Numbered from the stretch's first letter, positions 35,047 to 44,572 are shown. The stretch is 64,000 bases of DNA from Dehalococcoidia bacterium (GCA_965261925.1 OZ253486.1:1030134-1094133); one strand, 5' to 3'. The notes: a model not told the origin generated them from the sequence alone. Program-made: numbers and translations.

Positions 35047-36057
35047 ATGGCATACGAACCTAATCGCCGAGTGTATCTGTTTGGCACGGGGGGCACCATC
35101 TCATTCGTCGGCGAATCTCGCATGGATTTCTTCAACTACAGCTACCGGGGACAGCAACTGACCATACATGAGATGCTGGCCCGGGTGCCCGAGGCCTCAG
35201 AGTTCGCCGAGGTCATACCGGAGCAGGTGATCAACGTGGGCAGCACCGAGGTCTATCCGCCCCACTGGCTCACCCTGGCGAAACGCATCAACGAGCAGTT
35301 CTCCGCCGACCCGGACGCCGCCGGCGCCGCAGTCACTCACGGCACCGCCACCCTCGAGGAAACGGCCTACTTCCTCAACCTGACCGTGCGGGACCGTCGC
35401 CCGGTGGCCGTGACCGGCGCCATGCGCCCGCCCTCCGCCATGGGCACTGACGCCGACAACAACCTGTTCGATGCGGTACGGGTCGCGGCCGCGCCGCAGT
35501 CCGCCGGACGCGGCGCGCTGGTGGTGCTGAACAACGAGGTCCAATCGGCCCGCGACGTGACCAAGACCGACTCCTACCGGGTGGAGACCTTCCAGTCCGG
35601 TCACATGGGCTTCCTCGGGTACGCCGACGCCGACGGCCAGGTAACCTACTATCGCCGGCCGGAACGACGCCATACGGCCGATTCAGAGTTCGACGTGTCC
35701 AGCATCGACGTGCTGCCGCGGGTCGACATCGCCTACGGGTACGCCGGCGCCGGCAGCACGGTCATCGACGCCCTGGTCGCGGACGGCGTGGACGGGATAG
35801 TGGCCGCCGGGTTGGGAAGTGGTGGTTCGCCGTCCACGTTCATGGCCGGCCTGAAACAGGCCCAGGCCGCCGGGGTTCCGGTGGTCCTGTCCACCCACGT
35901 CGGCACGGGCCGTGTCGTCCAGACCCGCCGCTTCACCGAGGAAGGCTACATCGTCGCCGACAACCTGCACCCGAAGAAGGCCCGCATCCTGCTGATGCTC
36001 GGCCTGACCCAAACCAAAGACCCCGTCGAGCTACAGCGCATGATGCTGGAGTACTGA
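35047..36057 (+). CDS. ansA: L-asparaginase (type II-like)
   Basis: MAYEPNRRVYLFGTGGTISF... contains the GTGGTI active-site motif, followed by ...VTHGTATLEETAYFL... ATG at 35047 behind an AAGGGAG RBS. Confidence 0.88.
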   Translation: MAYEPNRRVYLFGTGGTISFVGESRMDFFNYSYRGQQLTIHEMLARVPEASEFAEVIPEQVINVGSTEVYPPHWLTLAKRINEQFSADPDAAGAAVTHGTATLEETAYFLNLTVRDRRPVAVTGAMRPPSAMGTDADNNLFDAVRVAAAPQSAGRGALVVLNNEVQSARDVTKTDSYRVETFQSGHMGFLGYADADGQVTYYRRPERRHTADSEFDVSSIDVLPRVDIAYGYAGAGSTVIDALVADGVDGIVAAGLGSGGSPSTFMAGLKQAQAAGVPVVLSTHVGTGRVVQTRRFTEEGYIVADNLHPKKARILLMLGLTQTKDPVELQRMMLEY

Positions 36058-36213
36058 CTGGATGCTGGGGCACTGACTAATCGAATGTGTTAGGTGTGAA
36101 GGCTCGGTGATAGAATCGAATTCGGATAAGGCCCGAATTGGCGAAAAAGCAGCGAGGCCAGATCCTCACCGGCCGTAGTCGGGGAACGACTTCTTCTCGC
36201 GCATGGTCAGCAA

Positions 36214-37083
36214 ATGGACAGCACCACCGGGCAAATGACCGCCCCCGACCGAACCGCCGTCGAGGTTGCCCGGGCAGTACAGTCTGTGATGACCCCGGAC
36301 ACGGTGATACTGTTCGGTTCGCGGGCCCGGGGAGATCATCGCCCCGACTCCGACGTCGATCTGCTGATCATATCCAACTCCGGCTCAGTCGTAGCCACGG
36401 GGCGAGCCACGCGAGCGGCAACGGAGTACTTCCGACTGCATCCCCCTTGGCTCCGCGTGGACGTGGTGACGATGGACGTGCACCGGTTCAACTATTGCCG
36501 CCGCGCCAAGAATCACGTGGCCGCGCAGGCGTTCCGAGACGGGGTACTAATGAGCGAGGGAAACCTGGATCTTTCCGGCCGGCACGATGACGGTTACCCC
36601 GACAGTTGGCCGGATGTGAGAGAGCGGCTACAGGCCGCCTACCGACACACGCGCGCGTTCAATCACCTGATAGATTTTGAGGAAAGCGACCAGGAGATGT
36701 ACGGCTTCCACGCCCAGCAGGCCGTGGAGAATGCCATCAAGGCGTGGCTGTCCGCCGCTAACCTGAACTACCGCAGCGTCCATGACCTCAGGGAGGTCGC
36801 CGACCAAATTCTGCGCGACCCTACTCAGGCCAACACCCTGGCAGCAGCACAACTCCGATCGCTGATCGACTATACCTCGTTCCAAAACCCTGACCGTCCC
36901 GGGGAACAGGACAACTGGCTTACCCGCTACGCTGTTTCCTATCGATACAGCGGCGCGTCCTTCCGCATGGACGACATTGATAAAGACCGTTTCATCAGAG
37001 AGATCAACCTGGCCGTCGGCACTTTCATCAACCGAGCGTACGAGCTCACCGGTACGAACGAATCAGACGTGACCCGAGGCTAA
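36214..37083 (+). CDS. fused nucleotidyltransferase (MNT) plus HEPN domain protein
   Basis: The N-terminus ...ILFGSRARGDHRPDSDVDLLI is the GSxxxGx..SDxDL minimal NTase motif. The C-terminus ...FHAQQAVENAIKAWL...SVHDLREVA...YAVSYRY... is HEPN-like (PF05168-type). Confidence 0.7.
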   Translation: MDSTTGQMTAPDRTAVEVARAVQSVMTPDTVILFGSRARGDHRPDSDVDLLIISNSGSVVATGRATRAATEYFRLHPPWLRVDVVTMDVHRFNYCRRAKNHVAAQAFRDGVLMSEGNLDLSGRHDDGYPDSWPDVRERLQAAYRHTRAFNHLIDFEESDQEMYGFHAQQAVENAIKAWLSAANLNYRSVHDLREVADQILRDPTQANTLAAAQLRSLIDYTSFQNPDRPGEQDNWLTRYAVSYRYSGASFRMDDIDKDRFIREINLAVGTFINRAYELTGTNESDVTRG

Positions 37084-37291
37084 CCGGCTGCGTGCCGCAG
37101 TGCGGGCGCGTCACCTGATCGGTAGGGCGGACTACACAACGGCTAGCCTGGAGGCGCGAAACGTGAATAGAGGCAATTGCAAAAGGGCTTGACAGAACTA
37201 AATCAGCATAATTTATCGTTGATCTGCGGCCCGTTTTGAGCAGGTTTGCGCCAGCTTGCAAAACGCCAATTTGGTGAAGAAGTGGTCCAAA

Positions 37292-37567
37292 ATGTCCAGA
37301 ACCGTAAAAACAATATGGGGAGCTTTCGTGGGAGCCCTAATGGGACTCAGCGGAGGATGTACTCTCGGAGTGATTCTGTATTTCGGGGTGGATATAGCTG
37401 CGTATATCCGCAAAGGCATTTATGACGTGCCGGAGGCTGCCATAGTTTTTTGGGTCTGCCTTGTGTTGGGTGGCATCGCTGGAGTTGTTGCCGGCTGGAT
37501 TATTACTGACCGCCACCAGAGGATGCGTGAGGCAACCCGCGAAAATGACACATCACTATGCCGTTAG
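37292..37567 (+). CDS. small hypothetical membrane protein (2 TM)
   Basis: MSRTVKTIWGAFVGALMGLSGGCTLGVILYF...AAIVFWVCLVLGGIAGVVAGWII...; A/T-rich. Start 37256 or 37292. Confidence 0.45.
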   Translation: MSRTVKTIWGAFVGALMGLSGGCTLGVILYFGVDIAAYIRKGIYDVPEAAIVFWVCLVLGGIAGVVAGWIITDRHQRMREATRENDTSLCR

Positions 37568-37655
37568 GGCCTGTTGTGCGGTATCCCACCGAACTAGGGA
37601 CTCCTTATGCGATAACAGCGGCAGAATACTCTGCGGGAGTGCAGGGGTCAAGAAA

Positions 37656-37728
37656 AGGCACTTGCAAAACGCAGTCAGGCCCCCGAAAACGAGGGCCTGA
37701 ACGAATTATTCGCCTTTTGCAAGTGCCT
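37656..37728. repeat. long stem-loop: 14-bp perfect inverted repeat enclosing a second hairpin
   Basis: aggcacttgcaaaa (37656-37669) pairs with ttttgcaagtgcct (37715-37728). An inner hairpin caggccc...gggcctg lies between them. Confidence 0.6.
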
Positions 37729-37799
37729 CGAATACCCAACGTTTGACGCATCCCCTCCAATCTGCTAACCTGTAACCGTTAACAACTGAACCCTCGCAA

Positions 37800-38020
37800 T
37801 CGCCCGCCGGTGTCCCGTCTGTCGCGCCCACATTCCGGAGCGTACAACGGGCTGAAAAGGAAATCCGGTGAGAATCCGGTGCGGTCCCGCCACTGTAATT
37901 GGTGAGACGCCCTCCTGGTCACGTCCCTGACGTGAAAAGCAAGCCACTGCCCGCTTCAGGCGGGTGGGAAGGCGGAGGAGCGTCGCTATCAGCCATCAGC
38001 CAGGAGGCCTGCCAGCGGGT
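37800..38020 (+). promoter_or_regulatory. cobalamin (B12) riboswitch
   Basis: Core aaaAGGaAAtCCGGTGAGAATCCGGtGCGGTCCCGCCACTGTaa includes the B12 box GCCACTG. The downstream conserved segment is cAGCCAGGAGgCCTGCC. The boundaries are approximate. Confidence 0.85.
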
Positions 38021-38105
38021 GTATTCCAGCTGCACTTCGTGGAACGAGTGAGCGGATTGCCGGCATATCCAGAAGACCACCGGACTCCAGCCGTAGGCTC
38101 CATTA

Positions 38106-38141
38106 CCCGACCGCAAAAGTGCAGTCGGGTTTTTCTTTTGG
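38106..38141 (+). terminator. riboswitch expression-platform intrinsic terminator
   Basis: cccgaccgcaaaagtgcagtcggg followed by tttttctttt. Confidence 0.75.
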
Positions 38142-38324
38142 CAGCGATCGACCACTTCTTCCGCGCTGCTCCGGCGGGCCGGTTCCTCCTCCATCGTCTC
38201 GTCGGGGCGCGCTTTTCACCGTTTGCCTTGCCATCGCCGCTGGGTGATAATCACTGCGGCGGCGCAATTGGAAACGCTGACATAGTTGTAACCAGACATT
38301 CGACGCCGACGCAGAGGTGAAACG

Positions 38325-38774
38325 ATGAGCGACGCGACGGACCTAATGCTCCGCGAAATACTCGAAGAATGCCGCGATGGGGCCGACGGCATCGGATTCA
38401 ACGAGGTCGTGGTCATGCTGGAAAGCACGGCCGCATCCGCCGAGGTCTACATGGATTTCGACGACTTGCGATTCACCCCCGACGGGCGGATCGTCACCCT
38501 CATGGTGCCCGGCGGCACCCACATGCACCTGGACATGTCCAAAATCCGCGAGGCGGAGTTCATTCACACCACCAACGACCAGGGCCTCCCCTCGTACCAG
38601 CTGTGGATGCGCGACGGCGATGGCAATCCGGCCATGCGCGTCTACCTCCGCAAGTCGGATGTCGACGCCACCAACCCGTCGCGTCACAGCTTCTTCATGG
38701 CCCTGCTGGACAAGTATCCGAACAAAATCGCCCTCCCTGCAGAGGCCTACGGGTCGGCCGGTGAGCACCCGTAG
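38325..38774 (+). CDS. ChuX/HutX-like (tetrapyrrole-binding fold) protein, first gene of the B12-riboswitch operon
   Basis: 149 aa with a GAGGTG RBS. ...EFIHTTNDQGLPSYQLWMRDGDGNPAMRVYLRKSD...SFFMALLDKY resembles, from memory, ChuX ...SILFFNKEGSAMLKIFLGRDD...FHTLAASL. It is a paralog of the C-terminal domain of 9879..10706. Confidence 0.6.
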   Translation: MSDATDLMLREILEECRDGADGIGFNEVVVMLESTAASAEVYMDFDDLRFTPDGRIVTLMVPGGTHMHLDMSKIREAEFIHTTNDQGLPSYQLWMRDGDGNPAMRVYLRKSDVDATNPSRHSFFMALLDKYPNKIALPAEAYGSAGEHP

Positions 38775-38782
38775 GGTTGCAT

Positions 38783-38811
38783 CGAGATTGCCACGCTGCG
38801 CTCGCCGTGAC
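38783..38811 (+). repeat. REP/MITE-like repeat, single copy
   Basis: cgagattgccacgctgcgctcgccgtgac lies between the ChuX-like gene and cbiA. Confidence 0.8.
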
Positions 38812-38839
38812 CGGATAGAGTTGATCCGATGGAGTTGAG

Positions 38840-40216
38840 ATGACCTCGGCCGTCGTAATCGCCGGCGTTCGCTCCGGCGTCGGCAAGACCACCATCGCCA
38901 GCGGCGTCATGGGCGCCCTGGCCCGCCGTGGTCTGCGGGTCCAGCCCTTCAAGGCCGGCCCCGACTACATCGACCCCTCGTATCACACCATCGCCTGTGG
39001 CGTGCCTTCGCGGAACCTGGACACCTGGATGCTGCCCCATCCGGTGGTCTCCGAGCTGTTCCACCGGGCGGCCGGCGCGGCGGACATCGCCGTGGTCGAG
39101 GGTGTCATGGGCGTCTTCGACGGCCACTCCTCGCTGGACGAGGATGGCTCCACGGCTGAGCTGGCCAAGCTGCTGGACGCTCCGGTGATCCTGATCGCCG
39201 ATGCCGGCAAGGTGGCCCGCAGCGTGGCCGCCGAGATCCTGGGCTACCAGCAGTTCGACCCCGACCTGCGCATCGCCGGCGTGATCCTCAACGGCGTGGG
39301 CAGCGAGCGGCACCTGGAGTTCTGCCAGCCGCAGATCGAGGCCACCACCGGCCTGCCCGTGGTGGGCTGGCTTCCCCGCCGCGACGACTTGGTCCAACCC
39401 GAGCGCCATTTGGGCCTCATTCCCACCGCCGAAGGCACTGTTCTCAACAACTGGTACGACGCCCTCAACGCCCAGATACAGCAGACCATCGACCTGGACG
39501 CCATCACCCGCATCGCCGCCACCGCCGGCCGGCCCGACGCGACCTCGGAGGGGGTCTTCCCGGCGACGCCCCAGGCTGCGCGAACCTCCATCGCCGTTGC
39601 CCAGGACCGCGCCTTCTCGTTCTACTATCAGGACTCCCTCGACCTCCTGGCGGCATGGGGAGCGGAGATCATCCCCTTCTCGCCGCTGGACGACGCATCC
39701 CTGCCCCACGGCGTGGGCGGCGTTTACCTGGGCGGTGGATTCCCCGAGCTGTTCGCCGAGGAGTTGTCCGGCAACGCCGGTATGCTGGAATCGATGCGCG
39801 AGGCAATTTCGCGCGAACTGCCGGTATACGCAGAGTGCGGCGGCCTGATGTACCTGGGCCGCAGCCTCTCCGATCTGGACGGCCGGCAGTTCCCGATGGT
39901 TGGCGCGATCCCCGTAGTATCCTCCATGGAGGGTCGGCGGCTGCACCTCGGCTACCGCGAGGTTGCGGCCTGTGGCGACGGCCCGCTGCTGATGGCCGGC
40001 CAGCAGGTGCGCGGCCACGAGTTCCACTGGTCGGTCCTGCAGGAACCGCCCGACGCCGCCAGCGCCGCCTACCAGGTGGTCAACCAGGATGGACGGCCCG
40101 AGGGCTTCCGCGCCGGCAGCGTGTGGGCCTCCTACATCCACGTGCACCTGGGCAGCCGCCCCGGCCTGGCGCAGCGCTTCGTCGACACCTGCGCCGCCGC
40201 AAACGGAGGGCCGTAG
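38840..40216 (+). CDS. cbiA: cobyrinate a,c-diamide synthase
   Basis: ...VVIAGVRSGVGKTTIASGVMGAL...FKAGPDYIDPSYH..., then a C-terminal GATase domain ...YAECGGLMYLG...GHEFHWS. Confidence 0.9.
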   Translation: MTSAVVIAGVRSGVGKTTIASGVMGALARRGLRVQPFKAGPDYIDPSYHTIACGVPSRNLDTWMLPHPVVSELFHRAAGAADIAVVEGVMGVFDGHSSLDEDGSTAELAKLLDAPVILIADAGKVARSVAAEILGYQQFDPDLRIAGVILNGVGSERHLEFCQPQIEATTGLPVVGWLPRRDDLVQPERHLGLIPTAEGTVLNNWYDALNAQIQQTIDLDAITRIAATAGRPDATSEGVFPATPQAARTSIAVAQDRAFSFYYQDSLDLLAAWGAEIIPFSPLDDASLPHGVGGVYLGGGFPELFAEELSGNAGMLESMREAISRELPVYAECGGLMYLGRSLSDLDGRQFPMVGAIPVVSSMEGRRLHLGYREVAACGDGPLLMAGQQVRGHEFHWSVLQEPPDAASAAYQVVNQDGRPEGFRAGSVWASYIHVHLGSRPGLAQRFVDTCAAANGGP

Positions 40217-40891
40217 ATGGTCGCTATCCAAGCCGAGGCTCCTGTCAAAGCACCGAGCGACGCGAGGCCGCCGTCCGATTTCGACGGCTACTTCCTCATC
40301 CCTCTCTCCGAGTTCGGGAGGTCATTGGACAGTCCGGATCTGGATGCGTGGTTCGAGGGATTTGCCGAACGAAACAAGGACGCGGTTGGTGATTTCGAGA
40401 TCACCGCGCAGGGAGAATTGAAGATTATGCCGCCCACTGGGGTGCCCGGCGAATGGTTTGAGCTCGAAATGGCGTCAGCTGTATTGGTGTGGGCGCGTGG
40501 CTATGGTGGCAGAGCCGGCGGAGCCACGGCGCGTTTCATCATGCCAGATGGCTCGCGTCTCGGACCCGATGCCTACTGGATATCCCAAGAACGTTGGGAC
40601 GCGCTTCCGGCTGGCGACCGCATGCCCTTCGCTGCTGTCGTACCTGACTTCGTCGTCGAGATTGTTTCCCCGTCCAACCGGCACGCAGAGATGGTAGGAA
40701 AAGTACAGCGGTACCTGGAGGGCGGCGCGCGCCTGGTTTGGGTGATCCATCCGCCCAATCGGACCGTCACCGTCCATCGCCCCGGCGCGGATCCGGAGAC
40801 CCTGCATGACCCCGATATGCTGGGCGGCGGCGACGTGCTGCCGGGTTTCGCGTTCAACGTGCAAGAACGAATCTTCGACAACGTACCCTGA
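40217..40891 (+). CDS. Uma2 family endonuclease (DUF820), copy 2, inside the B12 operon
   Basis: ...FEITAQGELKIMPP...GPDAYWISQERWD...AVVPDFVVEIVSPSNRHAEMVGKVQRYLEGGARLVWVIHPPNRTVTVHR...LPGFAFNV. Its ATG directly abuts the cbiA TAG (TAGATG). Confidence 0.85.
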   Translation: MVAIQAEAPVKAPSDARPPSDFDGYFLIPLSEFGRSLDSPDLDAWFEGFAERNKDAVGDFEITAQGELKIMPPTGVPGEWFELEMASAVLVWARGYGGRAGGATARFIMPDGSRLGPDAYWISQERWDALPAGDRMPFAAVVPDFVVEIVSPSNRHAEMVGKVQRYLEGGARLVWVIHPPNRTVTVHRPGADPETLHDPDMLGGGDVLPGFAFNVQERIFDNVP

Positions 40892-40933
40892 CATCGATCA
40901 GTGGGATGAAAGACATACAGGAGTGATGCTGAT

Positions 40934-41503
40934 ATGACAACGCAGGAAACGCGCCACGGCCCGCAGTCCGTTCGCGGCCCGCGCATCAACAAGGGCCTGG
41001 TCATCGTCAACACCGGCAACGGCAAGGGCAAGACCACTGCGGCCATGGGCGTGCTGATGCGGGCCTGGGGCCGCGACATGAAGGTCGTGATGCTCCAGTT
41101 CATCAAGCACACCACCGCCAACTTCGGCGAGCAGCGGGCGGCCCAGAAGATGGGCATCACCGTGCGCGCCATGGGTGACGGCTTCACCTGGCGCTCCCAG
41201 GACCTCGACGCCAGCGCCGATTTGGCCCGCGCCCTGTGGGAGGACGCCAAGGAAGTCATCGCCGCCGGCGAGTTTGACCTGGTCATTCTCGATGAGTTCA
41301 CCTACCCGATGCACTACGGCTGGCTCCCCGTTGAGGACGTCGTCGAGGCGCTCAAGGCCCGTCCCGAGATGCAGCATGTCATCATCACCGGCCGCCACGC
41401 TCCCGAAGCACTGGTCGAATACGCCGATCTGGTCACCGAGATGAACGTCGTCAAGCACCCTTACGACGCCGGCATCAAGGCCCAGCCGGGCATCGAGTTC
41501 TGA
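40934..41503 (+). CDS. cobO: cob(I)yrinic acid a,c-diamide adenosyltransferase
   Basis: ...[19 protein letters not shown]...VMLQFIK...[12 protein letters not shown]...ITGR.AP..L...ADLVTEM...KHPY..G..AQ.GIEF. Confidence 0.9.
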   Translation: MTTQETRHGPQSVRGPRINKGLVIVNTGNGKGKTTAAMGVLMRAWGRDMKVVMLQFIKHTTANFGEQRAAQKMGITVRAMGDGFTWRSQDLDASADLARALWEDAKEVIAAGEFDLVILDEFTYPMHYGWLPVEDVVEALKARPEMQHVIITGRHAPEALVEYADLVTEMNVVKHPYDAGIKAQPGIEF

Positions 41504-41518
41504 TCCGCCACACCTTCC

Positions 41519-41621
41519 AAGTGGGACGGTCGTCACCGCGCGGAGCGTGGCGACGTGGCAACCCCGTTCCAGCAACCACGTTCTCGCCGCGACGAGATTG
41601 CCACGCTACGCTCGCAATGAC
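41519..41621. repeat. REP/MITE-like repeat, inverted pair in the cobO-cobT spacer
   Basis: aagtgggacggtcgtcaccgcgcggagcgtggcgacgtgg (41519-41558) faces cgagattgccacgctacgctcgcaatgac (41593-41621). Confidence 0.75.
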
Positions 41622-41639
41622 AGGAGTCGTGAAAGCGCC

Positions 41640-42707
41640 ATGACCATCTCGCCACTGGTTGACCAGACCATCGCCGCCATCGGCCCCCTCGATGCCGCCG
41701 CGGTTGCCGCCGCCGAAGCCCGGCAGGGCGTGCTCACCAAGCCGCCCGGCAGCCTGGGACGGCTGGAATCTCTGTCAATCCAGTTGGCCGGCATATTGGG
41801 CCAGCCCATCCCTCAGATCACCGGCAAGGCGGTCATCGTGGTCGCCGGCGACCACGGCGTCGCCGCCGAGGGCGTGTCCGCGTTTCCCGCCGAAGTCACG
41901 CCGCAGATGGTCTTCAACTTCGTGGCCGGCGGCGCGGCCATCAACGCGCTGGCCCGCCACGCCGGCGCCAATATCACCGTGATCGACGCCGGCGTGGCCG
42001 TGGACCTCGACCCGCAGCCCGGCCTGACCATCGCCAAGGTCGGTTACGGCGCCGCCAACATCGCACGCGGCCCCGCCATGAGCCGTGAGGACGCCGTCCG
42101 CTGCCTCGAAATTGGCATCAACGCCGCCAACGAGCAGGCCGACGCCGGTGCCAACCTCATCGCCGGCGGCGACATGGGCATCGGCAACACCACGCCATCG
42201 GCCGCGATAACCGCTGCCGTCACCGGCGCCGACGTGGCCTCTGTCACTGGCCGGGGTACCGGCGTCGACGACGCCGGCCTGGAGGCCAAGATCGCCACCA
42301 TCCGGCGCGCGCTGGAGACCAACCAACCTGACGGCAGCGATGGGATGGATGTGCTCACCAAGGTGGGAGGCTTCGAGATCGGCGTGCTGGCCGGCGTCAT
42401 GCTGGGCGCGGCCGCGCGCAACTGCGCCGTCGTGGTCGACGGGTTCATTAGCGGAGCGGCGGCCCTGATCGCCTGGCGGCTGTGTCCCGATATTGCCCAA
42501 CGCTATATCGCCGCCCACCGCTCCGTGGAGCCGGGCCACAACGTCGGCCTACAGGCCATGGGGCTGTCGCCGCTGCTGGATATGGAGATGCGCCTCGGCG
42601 AGGGAACCGGCGCCGCCCTGGCCATGCCCATCGTGGAGGCGGCGGCCAAGTGCCTCGCGGAGATGGCAACCTTCACCGAGGCTGGCGTCTCCGACGGGGA
42701 CGATTAG
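41640..42707 (+). CDS. cobT: nicotinate-nucleotide--dimethylbenzimidazole phosphoribosyltransferase
   Basis: MTISPLVDQ...LTKPPGSLGRLE...VVAGDHGV...GGDMGIGNTT...LGEGTGAALA. Start at ATG 41640; the upstream part of the track ORF is repeat-derived. Confidence 0.9.
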   Translation: MTISPLVDQTIAAIGPLDAAAVAAAEARQGVLTKPPGSLGRLESLSIQLAGILGQPIPQITGKAVIVVAGDHGVAAEGVSAFPAEVTPQMVFNFVAGGAAINALARHAGANITVIDAGVAVDLDPQPGLTIAKVGYGAANIARGPAMSREDAVRCLEIGINAANEQADAGANLIAGGDMGIGNTTPSAAITAAVTGADVASVTGRGTGVDDAGLEAKIATIRRALETNQPDGSDGMDVLTKVGGFEIGVLAGVMLGAAARNCAVVVDGFISGAAALIAWRLCPDIAQRYIAAHRSVEPGHNVGLQAMGLSPLLDMEMRLGEGTGAALAMPIVEAAAKCLAEMATFTEAGVSDGDD

Positions 42708-42722
42708 CCCGCCGCCGCCACC

Positions 42723-43595
42723 GTGATACGGGCCGTCTACGCCCCGCTCCTGGTGGCGCTGTCCTTCCTGACGTTGCTGCCGGTCGGGGTGACGAACCCG
42801 ACCGACGCCGAAATATCTCGCTCCCGGGGCTGGTACCCCTTCGTCGGCCTGCTCTACGGTGCCATGGTGTTGGGCTTGGTGGTGCTCTTCGCGATGGTCC
42901 CGCCGCCCTTCGTTCATACTGTGTTGGCAGCGGCCTTGCTGGTGGTCATCCCGGCCTTGGTCAACCGGTTCCTGCACCTGGACGGATTGATGGACTTCTG
43001 TGACGCCATGTGGGGCGGGCGCACCGTGGAGCGCCGGCTCGAGATCATGCGGGACTCGCGCGTGGGCTCGTTCGCTGTGGCCGGCTGTTTCTGCGTGCTT
43101 CTGGTCAAGTTCGCCGCCCTGTCCTCGCTGATGTCGTACGCGGCTTTCGCCGCATCCCTGCTGGCATTCCCGGTAATATCCCGCTGGTCGATGACACTGC
43201 TGCTTACCGCCTTTCCCTACGGGCGGCAGCAGGGGATCGGCAGCGCCTTTTTCGCCGGCGATCGCCCCTGGCTCGCAACCGCAATCGCCCTGCTGACCGC
43301 TGCTGGCGTGTGCTGGCTGTGCCTGGGGGTGGTGGGCGTGTCTATCTTGGCCATATCCTCGCTGCTGACCCTAGCCCTGGGCCTTTGGACCGCCCGTCGT
43401 CTGGGCGGCGGGCTCACCGGCGACTGCTACGGCGCGACCAACGAGATTGTGGAGGCGTTTTCACTCGCCTGTTTCACCGCATGGCCCGGGTTCGGGCAGC
43501 CGCCATATCTTGATTCGGGGTACGGAGCGGGAATCGTCTTCCACTACCTCAACTGGCTGGCCCCGCAGGCCGGCTGGTACTCGTACTCCCCATGA
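42723..43595 (+). CDS. cobS: adenosylcobinamide-GDP ribazoletransferase (cobalamin synthase)
   Basis: GTG start. ...LVALSFLTLLPV...; a polytopic membrane protein of CobS size in the expected operon position. Confidence 0.85.
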   Translation: MIRAVYAPLLVALSFLTLLPVGVTNPTDAEISRSRGWYPFVGLLYGAMVLGLVVLFAMVPPPFVHTVLAAALLVVIPALVNRFLHLDGLMDFCDAMWGGRTVERRLEIMRDSRVGSFAVAGCFCVLLVKFAALSSLMSYAAFAASLLAFPVISRWSMTLLLTAFPYGRQQGIGSAFFAGDRPWLATAIALLTAAGVCWLCLGVVGVSILAISSLLTLALGLWTARRLGGGLTGDCYGATNEIVEAFSLACFTAWPGFGQPPYLDSGYGAGIVFHYLNWLAPQAGWYSYSP

Positions 43596-44572
43596 ATGCA
43601 GTAGCGGAAACGCTCGGCGGGCTGCCCGTCCCGCTGGACGTGCTGGTTTTGTTGCTGGCCCTCCTGATGGACCTCGCGCTGGGCGAGCCCCCCAACCGCC
43701 TGCATCCCACGGTGTGGATCGGCAACACCGTTGCCCTCGCTGAACGTATAGCGCCGGGCCCACAAACGGCCCCGCCCCTGCAACTCACCTTTGGCATCGG
43801 CATGGCCCTGCTGATACCGGCAGCCTGGGGCGCGGCGGCGTGGGCGCTGAGCTACGGGCTGCTGCAACTCCACCCGCTGGCCTACCTGCTGGTGGTGGCC
43901 GCATTGCTGAAAACCACATTCTCGGTGCGGATGCTGCACCGGGTCGCGGCCGGCATCGGCCGGGTCCTCACGGCCGGTGACATCGCCGAAGCGCGGCGGC
44001 AGATGTCCGCCCTGGTCAGCCGCGACACCTCCCTGCTGACCGCCGGGCAGATGGCCGCCGGCGCCATCGAGTCCGTCGCCGAGAACATCACCGACAGCAT
44101 CGTCGGGCCGTTGCTGGCCTTTGCCCTCTTCGGCCTCCCCGGCGCGGTGGCCTATCGCGCCATCAACACCCTGGACAGTATGGTCGGCTACCACGGCCGC
44201 TACGAATACCTGGGCAAGGCCTCGGCGCGGCTGGATGACCTGGTCAACCTGCTCCCCGCGCGGCTGGCGGCGGCGCTGCTGTGGCTCGGCATCGCGATCC
44301 TGCCGGCGATGGCTGGAGGCCGGGCGTGGCGCATCATGTTCGCCCACCGGGGCCGTACCGAGTCGCCCAACGCCGGCTGGACCATGGCGGCCATGGCCGG
44401 CGGCCTCGGTGTGACGCTGGAAAAGGTCGGCCACTACCGCCTCGGCGACCCCGCCCCGGAGCCGGAAACCCACCACATCGGCCGCGCCAACCGCGCCCTC
44501 TACGTCACCACCGCGCTGACCGCCGCCGTAGCCATTGGCATCCTCTGGCTGCGGTGGGCCTTCTGGCCGTAG
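43592..44572 (+). CDS. cbiB: adenosylcobinamide-phosphate synthase
   Basis: ...DLALGEPPNRLHPTVWIGN...; membrane protein. ATGA overlap with the cobS stop. Confidence 0.85.
   Translation: MNAVAETLGGLPVPLDVLVLLLALLMDLALGEPPNRLHPTVWIGNTVALAERIAPGPQTAPPLQLTFGIGMALLIPAAWGAAAWALSYGLLQLHPLAYLLVVAALLKTTFSVRMLHRVAAGIGRVLTAGDIAEARRQMSALVSRDTSLLTAGQMAAGAIESVAENITDSIVGPLLAFALFGLPGAVAYRAINTLDSMVGYHGRYEYLGKASARLDDLVNLLPARLAAALLWLGIAILPAMAGGRAWRIMFAHRGRTESPNAGWTMAAMAGGLGVTLEKVGHYRLGDPAPEPETHHIGRANRALYVTTALTAAVAIGILWLRWAFWP

Noticed and set aside
37189-37217. TTGACA-containing promoter-like string before the small membrane-protein gene
   Set aside because: No -10 element lies at an acceptable 16-18-nt spacing, so the evidence is too weak to list as a feature.
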